Source of the DNA: Octopus vulgaris
Taxonomy: Eukaryota
Assembly: GCA_951406725.2 (NCBI GenBank)
Contig: OX597815.1
Span: 82,398,001-82,462,000 of the forward strand
DNA: 64,000 nt
Reading direction: 5' to 3'
Shown piece after piece: positions 27,633 to 42,244 of the stretch. A program made the translations under genes and the position numbers. Positions within the stretch are counted from its first letter, which is position 1, and the number at the start of each line of letters is the position of its first letter. Under the pieces are notes generated by a model. The model was not told the DNA's origin. It saw nothing but the letters and a program-made list of their open reading frames with translations, and searched no databases.

Positions 27633-29089
27633 AGTGAAATGACATATTAGACGTACGCTGGGAGTGTATAGAATTAGTTAATAAGAAACGGAGTTTAAAC
27701 TCTTCAAAAACTGAGTAGGTACTTCCAACTGTCTGCTAGATTATTCAGAATCCATCGATATGAATATGAAGCAACTACATGGGTCTTCCAGATCGTATCT
27801 AAATAACCCATTTGTCCGATCAGTAGACAATGAGTTTGTAGAGTGTCCACAATTTCAACTGTTAGGATACGCGGCCCTCTGATTTGTGATCTTCACATTC
27901 TTACATGATAGCATTAATAAATATTCACGCGCTCAGCGTGACGTTTCCGGCGATTGGATTAGAGACTTACTTAGGCTTCAGTTTGCAGGGGCGAATGTCA
28001 ACAAAGACTGTTATAAAAGTCTGCCGAGTGTGATTAGATTAGAAGAGATAGGTAGTGACAAAAAATATATATGAATAAGAGGGGCTTCTAGTGAGCAAAT
28101 TAGAAAAGGTATTGCGACCGACAGGTTAACGTCGAGAATAGACTTCGACAGTTTCTTCTACGCGAAACACAGTAGTTGAACTACGATATAGGACGTCTAC
28201 TGAATGATCCGGAATAAAAGTCGTTCGAAGGCCCCGGGTAATAGAAGAGCAACGTAGATGAATAAACGATAAGTCGGTCTTTGGAAGATGGGGACAGGCA
28301 AGTATTACTCGATTTTAAACAAATGTGTGGGATATTCAGCGGTATTTTGTGCAAATATTCAGGACGGATGGTGGATAGAACTTAATGCTTTCTTTGAGGT
28401 CTATTGCAGCACTAAGTTGAAGTTCAGGAATGTTTCGGAAAACTGGTAATAATAGCCAAGAAGGGTTGGTGGTGAGTCAAGGGTTGGTGAGTCATTCTTT
28501 GTATAGTTTACCTCTAAGATTTGCACATTTATTATAGATTTGTTCCTGTTTTGACAGATTATCATTGCTCCAGGTAACAAAATGAGGGAATTCTCAGCAT
28601 TGTGTACTGTGGAAGGCATGGTCGAGTTGAAAGTTATTGATAATAGCTCTGATCGCTAGACAGTTTATAATTTTGGTCAATATGCCAGCAAAGGTTTTGT
28701 CACAAGTTGTCGGTCACTAAGTACAGAAATCACAGACCTATCACAAACCTGAATTCGATGGGGGCTCTGATCAATTTGGATCCATCAAACGATTTTCATT
28801 GGATCCATCAAGGTTATTTGGCCAACTGTCTTCAAGGCAGTCAGTTTTGATCCCAATTTCCAAAGGTTCGATCATTTCAACGTGTAGCGGCATTCAATTG
28901 ATGATCATACTAAATGATTACTTATCGGAACTAATTCTAATCACGAAATGTATCGTCTCTCATCTCTTCGGTATTAATTGACTCACGAACTTCTCCAGCG
29001 TAAACTGGAAGTGCTGTTCGAACAAGGACATGAAAGGACAGTGTCAAGACGTAAATGATACCAGTATAGTTCTTTCTGCTAGACGCACA

Positions 29090-29295
29090 TGACCTGAAAA
29101 TTTTGTTTGGGAGATGGGGTATAGTCGATTGCATAACTGGTACTTATTTTATAGACTGCTACCTATTTTATAGACTGTGAAAGAATGAAAGGAAAAGTTG
29201 ACACAATGGAATTTGAACTCAGAACGTAAAGCCGGAAGAAATGCCATGAAGCATTCTGTCCGGCGTGCTAATGATTCTGACAGCTCATCACCTCA
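29090..29295 (-). mobile_element. SINE family 1 copy
   Basis: ctggtacttatttt..atgaaaggaaaagttgac..ggaatttgaactcagaacgtaaag. Confidence 0.8.
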
Positions 29296-29760
29296 GATGA
29301 TGTTGCCGGCATCATGATAATTCATAGTCTGCAAGCCGAAAGACCTCAGTAGCCGACCAGCTAAGATCAAGAAAATATAAGCCCGATAAATATGGGCTCG
29401 ACATATAGTCAATAATTTGATATATTGTACCTACATTAGAAATATATATTTCTAAAGGTTCACTAAAGGTTTTAATAATATCGACATTTATAGCGTAAAC
29501 ACTCTGAAAACAAAATACTATATTTTCATGATTTCAATTTGAGATTAAGTAGGCAAAATATTGCTAGCGGACAAACGGTTTTTCGAGACTATTCATGTCT
29601 AGAAGGTATGCTTCAATAAATTTATTAGTATTTTGTACAATTTCACGCTTCTTAGCCTTCAGAGTTGTCAGATACTACACGCAAGTGTACTCACAGAAAC
29701 AAACATATACACACACACATACTAGTATACATCGATATATATATATATGCATGTATACGA

Positions 29761-29808
<48 letters not shown>

Positions 29809-30098
29809 ATATAAACTAGCGTGTGCATAGGCATAAGTATATAATTACATCTATCTATCTATCTTTCTTTCTGAATGTATGTATAGCAAATAATATATTT
29901 CACTATATTGGTTTTCTGTCCGTATGTCTCTTTTTTTCGATCATTGTGCCTGAATTTCTGATTTTCTTTCACCATCTATCACTTTCTCATCTATCCTCTC
30001 TTCTTCGTCTTTCTTTCTCTCTGTCTCTCTGTCGCTCACTCTCTTCCTCTCTGTGTGTCTCTCTCTTTGTCTCTCTCCCTCTCTCTATATATGTATAC

Positions 30099-30164
<66 letters not shown>

Positions 30165-30477
30165 CGATTGTAAACCATACCGCTGTTACTAGTTTGGGTC
30201 AAGAAGTAACTCATTCATAACAACAAGCATAATGTTATATCTGCAGCAGCAAATCCAACAGTAATAATGATAATAACAACTACAAGCAACATAGTACTCA
30301 AATAAAAGACCAGTAGTAAATGGACGACTTGCAGTAAGAAGTATACAGCGTACGTGGGTGGAATGAAAAATGGCACGCGCGTGCGCACATGCACACACAC
30401 ACACACACACGCACACACACAGGCTAACACACATACGCACGTATCTGTGTTTGATACGCACATTTGATACGCACATG

Positions 30478-31170
30478 TATCTGTTTTTGTCCCCCGCCAC
30501 AGCTTGCCATCTGTTCGTAGTGTTTACATCCCCGTGAACTAGCAGTTCGGCTAAAAGAAACCGATAGAATAAAACCAGGCTTAAAATGAAAATAAGGGCT
30601 GTGTGTGTATTCGTTTCTTCAAGGCAGTACGGCAGCATGGCGCCGTCTGGCAACAGAAACATGTAAGAAATAAAAGACATATATTCTTTTATTCTTCTAC
30701 TTGTTTCAGTCATTTGACTGCGGCGATGCTGGAGCATCGTCTTCAAGGCTTTCTAGTGGAAAAAATTGACCTCAGACTTTATTCTTTGTAAGCATAGTAC
30801 TTATTCTTTCGTCTCTTTTGCCGAACTGGTAAGATACGGGCACATAAACATACCAGCATCGGTTGTCAAGCGTACAAATACATACATACATATATACATA
30901 CACACATAATACATACATACACACACACACACATATATAGCACCCTAAAGAAGTGGTGACTGACACCATAATGCACACAAAAAGTAAAATTTTGTAGTGT
31001 GCACCAATTGGTAGCAGAAACATATGTACGTGCACAATTGGAATACCGTGATTGACAGCAGAATAAAACTGGACATATAAATCTCTATTCTCCTTATTAA
31101 TTCATTATACATATTCACCCACAAGGTTTTGGTCGCCTCGAAGCTATAGCAGAAGACACTTGCCCAAGGG
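30478..31170. mobile_element. SINE family 2 cluster: plus 3' half tail-to-tail with a minus copy
   Basis: 30478-30675(+) tail; 30685-30870(-) tail; 31115-31170(-) CORE segment gctatagcagaagacacttgcccaagg. Confidence 0.75.
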
Positions 31171-31680
31171 GATGAAAGAGAGCAGTAGAAAGGCACATAC
31201 TTAGACCCACACATATATCGTCTTCTGTTCCATCCACAACTTTACACAGTCTTCTAACGCTTAGCGTTACTTCTTGCACAGTAATACGTTATCCGAGTCC
31301 AAAGTCTATTTACTTTACCTTCTCTAGACTGCGCTCTAATCCAAATTTTTACTGTTTTGTAACGTTTGTCTCAGGAGGCTTTATGTCCTCTGACATTACT
31401 ATATAGAATATTTGGTGATGCAAGGTTTTGGTTGGCTCGAACGCAGAAAGAAGTTAGAAGTGAGTGTCCGATAAGACCACGAAATTCCTTTGCTTGGTGT
31501 CTGATCCGAAAGGTTGCAATAGAACAAATTTTACTAAGGACACTCAAAGAGCAAGAAATTGTACTGAACCAGGTGAAGTGATGTGCCTAGATTGCAAAGG
31601 AGTGGACCCCTATTCCATATACGGTACAAGTACATAACCCAAGAATGAATGATAATGTAAAGTCAAGCAACGTCTATGCG

Positions 31681-31732
<52 letters not shown>

Positions 31733-33478
31733 ACTGTGTGTGTGTCTGTATGAATGCATGTGTGTTTGTATATTCAATAATTTAGCTGGCATTGATTTCG
31801 AAGTTTTACCACTTATTGTCCTCGTCAGATAACCATTTTCCGAGTCCAAATCCTATCCTTGTCTACGCATATACTTCGCATTTCAGTATTCTGGATTCGA
31901 TAAAATGTTTCCCATTCAAACACTAGCATCTTATAAGTTGCTACCTCAACTTATAAGACAAACTATAAATTAGCTGTAATAATTTCTGTAAAAAACCTCT
32001 AGCTCTGTTTGCAGATAAGAAATCAATCCTTATTTTAGTGATAGAATTCCTAAATATGTACCAAAAAGTTATAAGTGCCGAAGAATAATTGATTATCTAT
32101 CCATATTCCTGACATCGAATTCGATTTGCTGTAATAAGAACATACAAAGAGTTTTGACATATTGGAACAAGGACAGAACTTGTACATTTGTACTAAGAGC
32201 AGATTTAACTGCCTTCCTTCTCATCTTGTACTTCTCCCTATGGCTATCATCACTATGCTATATATTCAGAGATTGATAAAAAAAACCTGTTAGGTCAAGG
32301 TTTGATCACATCGACTAAATGCCTCACCTAGAAATTTGTGAACTATTTTATCAGTTTTAGAAATGGAACAGTCGGTCGATGACTAACAACAGGAAAGTGT
32401 GCCAAAGTCATTGTTCACTTTTTGAGAAATATTCGTCGCACTTTCAACCAAGTCCCAGAGGATGGATGATTTTCACACATCTGGAACTAAAAGTAAAGAG
32501 AATGTAAAAGTTTTGTGTTTTCAAACGATTTAAATAGCACTTCCTCAATATAATTGCATCCGTTTCAATAAATAGCCTAAGTTTAAGTCCTTAACCAAGA
32601 AATACAAGTCCGAAATATCCATTTGTGGTCTTAGTATACAGATTTATATCATAATTCACACACACACACTTATATATGTGTATGTATACACACTCACATA
32701 CACGCACATACACACACACATACACATATATATATATATGCATACTTATCTAACTATATATACAGATGCACATATCCTTATACCTGTAGAAGCACACACA
32801 AGTTCAAATATATATGGTTTCCATAGAAAACAAGTTAATTTATTCAAACATCACACAATAGTGCTTAAAGTGCACAATAAAATATTTAAGGAGAGTTAAA
32901 GAGACGTCTGAGCTATGGTAGATGCCTACAGAGTAAAGCTGATGGGAATTTGAGAAAACCAAATGTTTTCGTTTGAGAACATATACGATGTACTTATATA
33001 TATATATATACAAATATAAGGGGACAGCCACTAAGTGGTTTTCTTACATGCTGAAAGTAGACGCCAAATCGTTTAGCCACGAAAAATGCGTACTCATTTA
33101 ACGACGCGTAGGATATACGTGTACAAGACACTATGAAAAGATATAAGAGCAGCAGTCAATTCCATACTTCGAAGTTTCACCATTAATAATTAACAAAGGG
33201 ATACATAATGACAGAAAACGTATACATACCATCTCCGTAAAAGACATAGGTGCGTATAGGGTGCCACCATAATACGTCATGTATTCAGTCCAAATGTCTT
33301 CAACCACCGCGCCTAGCCAGAATAAATCAGCAGCAAATAAAATTCAGCGGTGAATTACCTGACTCGAGAACTAAAATATTCAAAAATATAAGTACTGAGG
33401 CTAAAAATTATTATTAAGAAGTAACAATTTATACCAGTGGCCAGCATGGTCAAAAAAGGACTGGAAATTATATTATAT

Positions 33479-33528
<50 letters not shown>

Positions 33529-33640
33529 TTATATATATATACACATATATATACATATAAAGGGTGAAATATAATTAATTTAAGAAAATCAATAGATTTC
33601 ACCTAGTAGTCTTTCGGTATGGAAAGGACCATATTCGGTA

Positions 33641-33693
<53 letters not shown>

Positions 33694-34902
33694 TATAATT
33701 ATATATATATATGTATGTATATGTATATGTATATGTATGTGTGTATGCGCGCGTGTGTGTATTTGCAAATGTATGTATTCACACACATATATACTTATGT
33801 ACTTTAATGGGACCACGTTAATGTGCTCTAGGCAGGTCCTTTTTTTCGTTACGGCCTCCACAAATCTGCCAAGTGTCTGAAGTAAGGAAGCTATATATTC
33901 GTTCAGTAATTCACATAAAAACATAAAATTAGAAGTTAATCGCTGCCCTTTATGTTGTGCTTGATTTACCTCCTGAGGTTATTTGCGTATCTTTACAAGC
34001 CGTTTCAACAGAACAAGAAAAACGAAACAAGAAGAACGAAACAAACAAAATAGCAAGCAGATGTCAACAATGAATTTGTAAACAATAAAACCAACTTCAA
34101 TAAAAAACAGATTTTTATCATGAAAATATTACAAAAATATGGTAACATATAAACGCAAGGATGCGTATATAGGTTCATATACTCAATATATATTAGACCT
34201 TCACGCATACATATGCACAGATACACACAAACATACGCACAAACCCGCTCACATATTCATGGAGGAAAATACATTTTGTTTAGCCACGTTTGGAAGAAAA
34301 CATTTGAATTCTATTTTTATCTAGCATTTTTAACGATATTTCATGTTTCTTTTATGAGATCTTCATAATCCCATCTTCAAAGCGAGCTGATGTTGGCGTG
34401 TATCGCTGCTTCCTTGCGGTAGGTAAAATAAATGTGAGTGGCGTAGACATTTGACTGGAATTTGAATTTTGACCGTTGCTTACTTTTGTTCCTTATTAGA
34501 GTATTTTGTATCTATGTATATTTTAACCATTTTTCTGTGTTGTATTTAAATCGTTAGCCGTTAATTTTTCTGGTGACAAAATTTTATAGAGTTCAGATGT
34601 GTTGTCCATTCCTGTTTTCGTGTTTTGCTTTGTATTGTTTGGTGTAACGCCTTGCAATCAATCCCTATGTAAATTTAGTACGCACAACAATTAAATAAAG
34701 ATTCATTTGTTAAATTGTTTTAATTTTTAATGTTTAAGATACCAGTTACTAATACCTTACGTATCTTCTACACGAAAGGCACAAAGAAATATATAGACTC
34801 AAGTAAATATAGAGAACATATTAGCAGCAATAATAATGGTAGTTTCTGATTTAAGTACACCACAAGCCAGTAAGCTTTGATTGGAGAGATCTAGTTGCAG
34901 AA

Positions 34903-35120
34903 CAGGACGCCATGATAGATCGTTAGCTCCTACACGCATTTTTTTCTCCCCATGTTTCTCTCCTTGATTTTTCTGTGTATCTTTCTGTCGAAGAGCGTAG
35001 GCTCGAAACGTAAAAGACTTTTTCTATTTCTATTCCTGAGCGCTATACTAATACATCTGTTTGTTTGTACTCCACCTGCCTTCGTCTTTTGTTTATTTTC
35101 GTAAACTTTCCCGTTAAATA
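34903..35120 (+). mobile_element. Penelope-like pLTR family C, HHR-like motif at 34980-35017
   Basis: tcttt-CTGTCGA-a-gagc gtag gctc-GAAA-CG-TA-aaaga. Confidence 0.6.
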
Positions 35121-35139
35121 TAGAGAATATTCTCACAAA

Positions 35140-36050
35140 TATTATACAACGTAAGCAGTAAAATATCTACCTACACGAGAATATAATGTATCTCCATAAG
35201 TGAAGAATTAGATAAAATAATTCTGAGAATAAAAGAAACCCTTGTCAGCAACAGTTATTTATAGAAAAAACTAATTGGTTAAGCCTTAGAGCGATATATA
35301 CAAAAATACAAAGCATAATATGCATCAGATATCACACTTACTACATATATATATATATAGTAAAAACACATATATTCACGACACAAAATTTAGTATATAA
35401 AATCAAATGTATCTCACTATAAAAACAGATGAACACATTATCGAAATAAAATAGAACACAAAATGTATTGCACCTACGCATAAACGAATACTAATGATAT
35501 ACAGTATAAACTACAAAAGCTAAAATCCCTCTTATCAATAGAAAACAAAAAAGCTTTTAAACCACGAACGAAAAACTAATATGAATGCAATCTATAAATT
35601 TGATTACAAAAGTTAAATTTGTAAACTACACGACCCATTATGCTACACTGACTGTTTCTAGTACGATATTCTTCTGCTGGTACATGATGCATTGTTATAA
35701 AATGTTGGAAACAATAGTCGTAACACAGATTAAATGCTAAAATAAATACACCGATACCACACAATACACACAAAAGGAAATACATTCAAGACTGATGACT
35801 TATAAACGTGAAAAACAGATTTTAAATTTCAAGTTTTAATGCCTACAAAAATCACATTGGGTTTATCTACGATAAAGAGATAGCAACACACTTCAAAATC
35901 ACTTCACTCTGAGGATGAGACAGTACAAAAAAAATCTAGAAATGTTGATAATTGAATAGAGAACTTTACTGATCGTAACAAGCTATAAATAATTTATAAC
36001 AATTTAGGAAGAAAAGAAAACATAGTTGAAAAAGAATAATTTAAACAGTT
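35140..36050 (+). mobile_element. Possible decayed Penelope-type RT coding relic
   Basis: Very A-rich strand right after a pLTR, with scattered remnants (ASDITL, APTH, KTD..YK..QILNFK) resembling PLE RT; no open frame. Confidence 0.3.
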
Positions 36051-36330
36051 ATTGTTACAAAATAATATACGTATACACCCCCCCCCCACATATATATGTA
36101 TATACACATTCTCATAGACACCAAAACACACACATGCGGATTCATAAATACATATATTTAAAAAACTGGTTGCATGTTTATATTATCATGTGCATACATA
36201 ACTGTGTATGTATTTATGTATATATAAATATCTATATGCATGTATGTATGTATGTATGTATGTATGTATGTATGTATGTATGTATGTATGTATGTATCTA
36301 TCTATCTATCGGTCTGTATGTCTGTCTGTC

Positions 36331-36382
<52 letters not shown>

Positions 36383-36384
36383 AT

Positions 36385-36710
36385 AATAAATATTAGGGAA
36401 TAAATCCAAATTTACAGGGAAAAAATCAGATTTTGGATTAAATCCAATTTTATAGTAAAATATTATATAATATTAATTAGAGACAAAACCACTATTTTGC
36501 AAAACAAACAAGGAAAGACTTAATCAATACATAAAATTTTAATAAAAAGTAAAAAAACCGCCACTACAGTTGTTTCATGTCTTGAAGGACAATCTTCAGG
36601 TGGATTTCCGATTTTCAAATCAGTTTCGGTTATTTTACTTTTTATTAAAATTTTATGTATTGATTAAGTCTTTCCTTGTTTGTTTTGCAAAATAGTGGTT
36701 TTGTCTCTAA

Positions 36711-36722
<12 letters not shown>
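36385..36722. mobile_element. Inverted-repeat pLTR-like element (family D) in (TA)n
   Basis: About 95 bp near-perfect arms 36465-36560 and 36627-36722 enclosing a hammerhead. Confidence 0.7.
36561..36603 (-). ncRNA. Type I hammerhead ribozyme motif
   Basis: Reverse complement: ccac-CUGAAGA-u-uguc cuucaa gaca-u-GAAA-C aacu G-UA-gugg; GUA cleavage triplet. Confidence 0.65.
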
Positions 36723-36762
<40 letters not shown>

Positions 36763-36767
<5 letters not shown>

Positions 36768-36974
36768 ATCCAAACAAGAAAACACAAAAAAAAACACAAC
36801 AACGCGAGGACGTGGAACAAATACAGTATTATTGGATGCGCAGGAAAGAAGGAAAGGAGGAGGGTTTAACGTTTCGAGCGGAGCACTTCGTCGGAAACAT
36901 AGGAGAAGGAAAGATCCAGAGAAGGGAAGACAGAGGAAAAAAAATCGCCAACGGTACACACGAAGTCACATTTT
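36763..36974 (-). mobile_element. Penelope-like pLTR family A copy (HHR 36864-36898)
   Basis: Reverse complement of 26209-26417; flanked by (TA)n and (TACA)n. Confidence 0.7.
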
Positions 36975-37198
36975 ATACATACATACATACATACATACAT
37001 ACATACATACATACATACATACATACACTCATACGCATACATGTATATGCATTCATGCCTGTATCCTTGCGTACACATATGCATATACCCAGATTCAAAC
37101 GTACATACATAGATACAAATATATGAATATGGGAGTGCACGTGTTTGTGCAAATATATATATATATATATACACACACACATAGATATGTATGTATGC

Positions 37199-37231
<33 letters not shown>

Positions 37232-37303
37232 TGTATGTATGTATGTATGTATGTATGTATGTATGTATGTATGTATGTATCTATCTATCTATCTATCTAT
37301 CTA

Positions 37304-37357
<54 letters not shown>

Positions 37358-37664
37358 CATAAGCTAACAATAAAATAACTAAAATGAAAAAAAAAATTAA
37401 ACAAAGGGAAGTCAATTTCCTTCTTATTTTCTTCTCTTTAAGCTTTTTTTTCCTACTCGACCACGTCTTTCAAAAGTTCTCTATTGTCACTTTGTGCTTC
37501 TAAAGTGTTTTCTAAAAACAAATAAAAAACAAAAACAAAAAACTTAACTTTTCCCTCTTTTGTACAATAATAAATAAGAAATAAGAAGAAGAAAAAAAAG
37601 GAATATTCCACTATCAGAAGAAAGCAATTCTAGAAAGTGGAAACAGATGCAGACTTAACAAACA

Positions 37665-37815
37665 TGGTGATGAAGATGATGATGATGATTATGATAAATG
37701 ATGATGATGAAGATGATGATGATGATGATAATGATGATGACGATAGTAGTTATTGTAGTAGTAGTATTGATAATATAGCAACAAGAACAATAACAACAAC
37801 CACAATAATAATAAC

Positions 37816-37856
<41 letters not shown>

Positions 37857-37912
37857 CAACAATAATAATAGTAATAACAACAACAACAACAACAACAACA
37901 ATAATAATAATA
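37665..37912. repeat. (GAT)n/(AAT)n/(AAC)n microsatellite block
   Basis: Directly visible. Confidence 0.95.
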
Positions 37913-38603
37913 GATTAAAGTACAAAGCAAAAACAAAAAGACAAACAGTCAAACAAGCATACCTTGCCTACAAAAGCCACAAGAGAGAGAGCATAATGGC
38001 CGTTTAAATATTTTCATACATCGTTAACGATAAGGCGATGTATACCAGTCGTTTCTACACCAACACCAGTGCCAACCTCACCGCCACCACCGCCTCTACC
38101 ACTCATGCTACCCCCGCCTAGTATCTACACCGCCATTGGCCCCGTAACGTTCTGCTACTCCTAACACTACATCAACACTACTACCGTTGCCACAACTTCG
38201 ATATCTATCACTACTGACACCTCCGCCATTACAACCGTGACTGTCACCTCCAACAATACCACAAGTATCAGTAATCTTGCCATAACCACTACTACCAACA
38301 CATACAACACCATCACAGTACCACAAACACTGCTACCACCGACACCATAATCAGTACCAGCACAAGCACCAGTGCCAGTGTTGCAATTGCTACTACCACC
38401 ATCACCACAATCCTACTGCTACAAACAACACAACTGCTATCAGTACGAGTACTACATTCAATACTACAATCACTACCATTCCAACCCCAACCACTACCAC
38501 CACCACCACCACCACCACCATTGCCATCACGATCACTAATAATTTAGTGTCACCATTACCAATCGAAATGAAGCCACCACTACAACTGTGGGCATTACCA
38601 TTA

Positions 38604-38710
38604 CCACCACCGCTGCCGCCACCGCTGCCGCCACCGCTGCCGCCACCGCTGCCGCCACCGCTGCCGCCACCGCTGCCGCCACCGCCGCCGCCGCCGCCAC
38701 CACCACCACA
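38604..38710. repeat. GC-rich 12 bp minisatellite (CCACCGCTGCCG)n inside a degenerate (CAC/CAT) tract
   Basis: About 7 tandem units visible. Confidence 0.9.
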
Positions 38711-39477
38711 ACCAATATCACTTACATCACCACTGCCACAGCTAACATTAGTACCATTAACACTACGACAGTGACCATTACTCTTGAAATGTCTTTGCCT
38801 CTTATTGCAGGACCATATCTCACTTTGTCATACGCATCCTACTCTTCTTACTTCACATTCTTTATCCTACTTTTAGCACATTATTGTCATCATGTCGTCG
38901 TCGTCGTGTTGTCTTCCCTCGTGTGGTAGTCGCAGTGGTCGTCTCAGTTATATCGTCGCCATCCTTTTTGTCATTATCATTTTCATAACTATTGCAATAA
39001 TTATCCATGTCAACCTACTTATCACTACCAACATTATCGTCATAAATATCAATATCATCGATATTATGACAACGACGACGATGATAACTAGTCTTTTCAT
39101 CACCAACATCTCTACCTCTATCATTAAAATTATTTCTCTCAGCCTCACATCATTACGATGACATCGGATAGCGACCCACCGCATGACCGCCATTTCGTAC
39201 GATAGTCTCTCTCCACTACTATCATCGCAACCATAAACTCAATGTCATCTGTCTCCTATTATCATTTCTCTCTTTTTCTCACGTTTCATTATTTCTCTCC
39301 TTTCCTCCATTTCATTACATCACCATCATCAACACCTACATTATTAACGAGGAAACCTCTAAGCAGACACTTGAGTTGCAAGAAACAGAAGACAAATAAT
39401 CCTCAAAAATACGTCTTCAAAAATAGTTAAATATACAAGATAAACTAATAGTAAATGTATTATTTAGGTATAGAATT

Positions 39478-39680
39478 AAAGCGATGAACTGGCAGAATCG
39501 TTACCATACCGGCATTTCGCCTGTTTTTTTTTTATGTCCTCAGTTCAAGTTCTGCGGTGGTCGATTTTCTTTTTATCCTTTCGGGGTCGATAAAATAAGT
39601 ACCAGTTGAATACCAGGATCGATCTATTCGAATTACTCCTCTCGAAATTGTTGGCCTTGTGCCAAGAATTTGGAAACAAT
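39478..39680 (+). mobile_element. SINE family 1 copy
   Basis: ctggcagaatcgtta..atcctttcggggtcgataaaataagtaccagttg. Confidence 0.8.
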
Positions 39681-40022
39681 TATTTAAGAATAGAATATCA
39701 AACAATATTACTTGGCATATGGAAATATTTTTCATACCTACAAACGCCATCAGAAAACGAAACTGGTTACGAATCAGCTCAACACAAATCAGGCTCTGAA
39801 AACTACGCTGAAAGTGCGTTGAAATGTAAATATCAAGGAAAGTCTTCGAAATATTCACACAATCAACAATAAAAGAACATTTGTAGGTAATTGAGAAAAA
39901 TTCTCAAAAGAAATTACATTATCAGAACAATACTGATAAAACTGGAAGGATCTTTCTTACCTCCCTTCCCATTTTGTCGGGACTGAACAAAATGTATTCG
40001 AAAATAAACGTTTCTCACACAA

Positions 40023-40058
<36 letters not shown>

Positions 40059-41035
40059 AAGAGAGACGGCAAAGAATAATTGATTATCTTATGAATGTCA
40101 TTAGCTTGCTGTTGTTTCTGTTACAAGATGCAGTGAATTCATAATCGAGTGCCTAAATAATACTTTATAGCTTCATTGTATATCATAAGATTTGTTCCTC
40201 TGTCATCTCTCTTTCTTACTATCGCTCTTTACTCAACCAGCACTTCATTGTGATAAGAAGCTTGCTTCCCAAGCTCATGGTTCCGAATTCAATCCCACTG
40301 CTTGGCACCTTGGGCAAGTATCTTCTACTATAGCCTCGAGTCAACAAAAGCCTTGTGAGTGGATTTATATGTTGATATATATAATGAAGGCGGTTATATG
40401 CATTATAAAACCAAAAAGGAAGTATTCAGTTGTCAGTAATTGTGACTGAGAGTGCAGGGTAGCACTTAAATTGCTAGAAATAAGAGTGAAATACCTTTAG
40501 AGTCGCAAAAAGCATATATCTATGCAGTGACAGGGGAGATAACCGTCTCACAGCAAATGAGACCACGAAATATACCGCCACCAATCTCATCAGCCATTGT
40601 CGTGATATTGGGTTACAGACCCACCCAACAAAACTTTTAAGCGCACACTCCATCATTATTAAATCATTGATGCTCGTATTATCCATTTTTGAAATAATAT
40701 AAACAACATTATAGCTAAACTCCCTATATATCACTAGCAATCAGCAGCAACACACGCTCAAACCATTACCTCTTCTTCCCTACACATCTAACTACCACAG
40801 TTACATGACAATGATATTATCCAAAATTCCCCCGACGCCTTTGCACATCAATGAAGAAGGTAAAAGTACTTTTACAAGTTTAAGTATGAAAAAACCACCC
40901 AAAAAGTACAATGGCACGAGTTAGCTAAGGAACATATTAAGGGGTTTTCAAAATTCCACAACACCGAAACCACCATCATTGACACTCAAAGAGAAAGAGA
41001 GAGATTATATGTATGTGTATATATATATATGTATG

Positions 41036-41095
<60 letters not shown>

Positions 41096-41129
41096 AAGAG
41101 AGAGAGAGTAAAGAGAGATATGTATGTAC

Positions 41130-41182
<53 letters not shown>

Positions 41183-41921
41183 CATACATATGTACAAATA
41201 CACATACACATACAGACATATATATCCAACAAAGTAATTATAATATATATCTATAAAATATATAAAAATATAGTTCATGAGGCAACGCCATAAGTACGAC
41301 AATAATTGTAAAGTTAAAAGAACCAACTTTATAAAAAAGAAATAATGACATGTTTAAACACAATGCCCAAAAACCTCAAAATACATAAACAAAGTATAGA
41401 AAAACAGCATCCTGGCGAATAGTTTTGTTTAATGCAAACCTTAAAATTAAGAGAAAATACTAAAAAAGAATAACTAGCCTCATCATCAAAAAGGAAAATG
41501 GTCACACCACAACTCATAACAAAATAATAATTTTAAGTAATATACACAAACTGAAACATCATGCAAATGCCCTCGGGAATTGATTTTTCTAAATCAGCTT
41601 CTAAAAAACACGAAGGCAAGAACATGAACAAAAATAAGTAAATTGATAAATAAAAATAAAGAGAACACAAAAATTTAGTCATAACTTGACCGCTATTTTG
41701 ATCTCTTGCATTCCATCAAACATAAAGAAAGTAGTAAGGGAATCTAAAAAACCGAAATGCTTCTATCCACACTGATACACTTAAAATACACATGGTATCC
41801 AGAGATCATGAGATTTATTAACATCTATAATTACTCGTATCAAAAGTTCAAAAATTAAGAAGCCGGACAAAATTATATCGATTATAAATCTTACAAAAAC
41901 CTTCAAGTAGAGTAATAAATT

Positions 41922-42225
41922 GGCACTCCGTCGGCTACGATGGCGAAGGTTTCAGTAGAACCGATCAGTGAAACAGCCTGCTCATGAAATTAACGTGCAA
42001 GTGGTTGAGCATTCCACAGACACCCCTAGCCTTAACGTAGTACTTAGGGAGATTCAGAGTGGCACAGAATGCGACAAGGTTGACCCTTTGAATTACAGGT
42101 ATTACTCATTTTTGCCAGCTGAATGGACTGGAGCAATAAGAAATAAAGGGTGTTACTGAAGCACACAATGCATCGCCGGGAATCGAACTTACGATCTTAT
42201 CCCTAACCACTAAGCCACGCACCTT
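41922..42225 (-). mobile_element. SINE family 3b (same head/core as 11863-12121, different tail)
   Basis: Reverse complement aggtgcgtggcttagtggttaggg..gttcgattcccggcga..cagtccattcagctggcaaaaatgagt. Confidence 0.8.
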
Positions 42226-42244
42226 AACAAGTGGAGTAGTACCA

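Noticed and set aside
29330-29400. Possible twister-like motif (aagcccgataaa)
   Set aside because: Only a simple agccc/gggct hairpin; the conserved twister pseudoknot elements were not found.
38040-39200. Pro/Thr/Ala-rich ORFs resembling mucin or formin
   Set aside because: Degenerate (CAC/CAT)n repeats with frequent stops and no convincing splice structure; the same applies to 55090-55780.
40480-41900. A-rich stretch possibly from a Penelope RT
   Set aside because: Too decayed to support by eye; needs TBLASTN or an HMM search.
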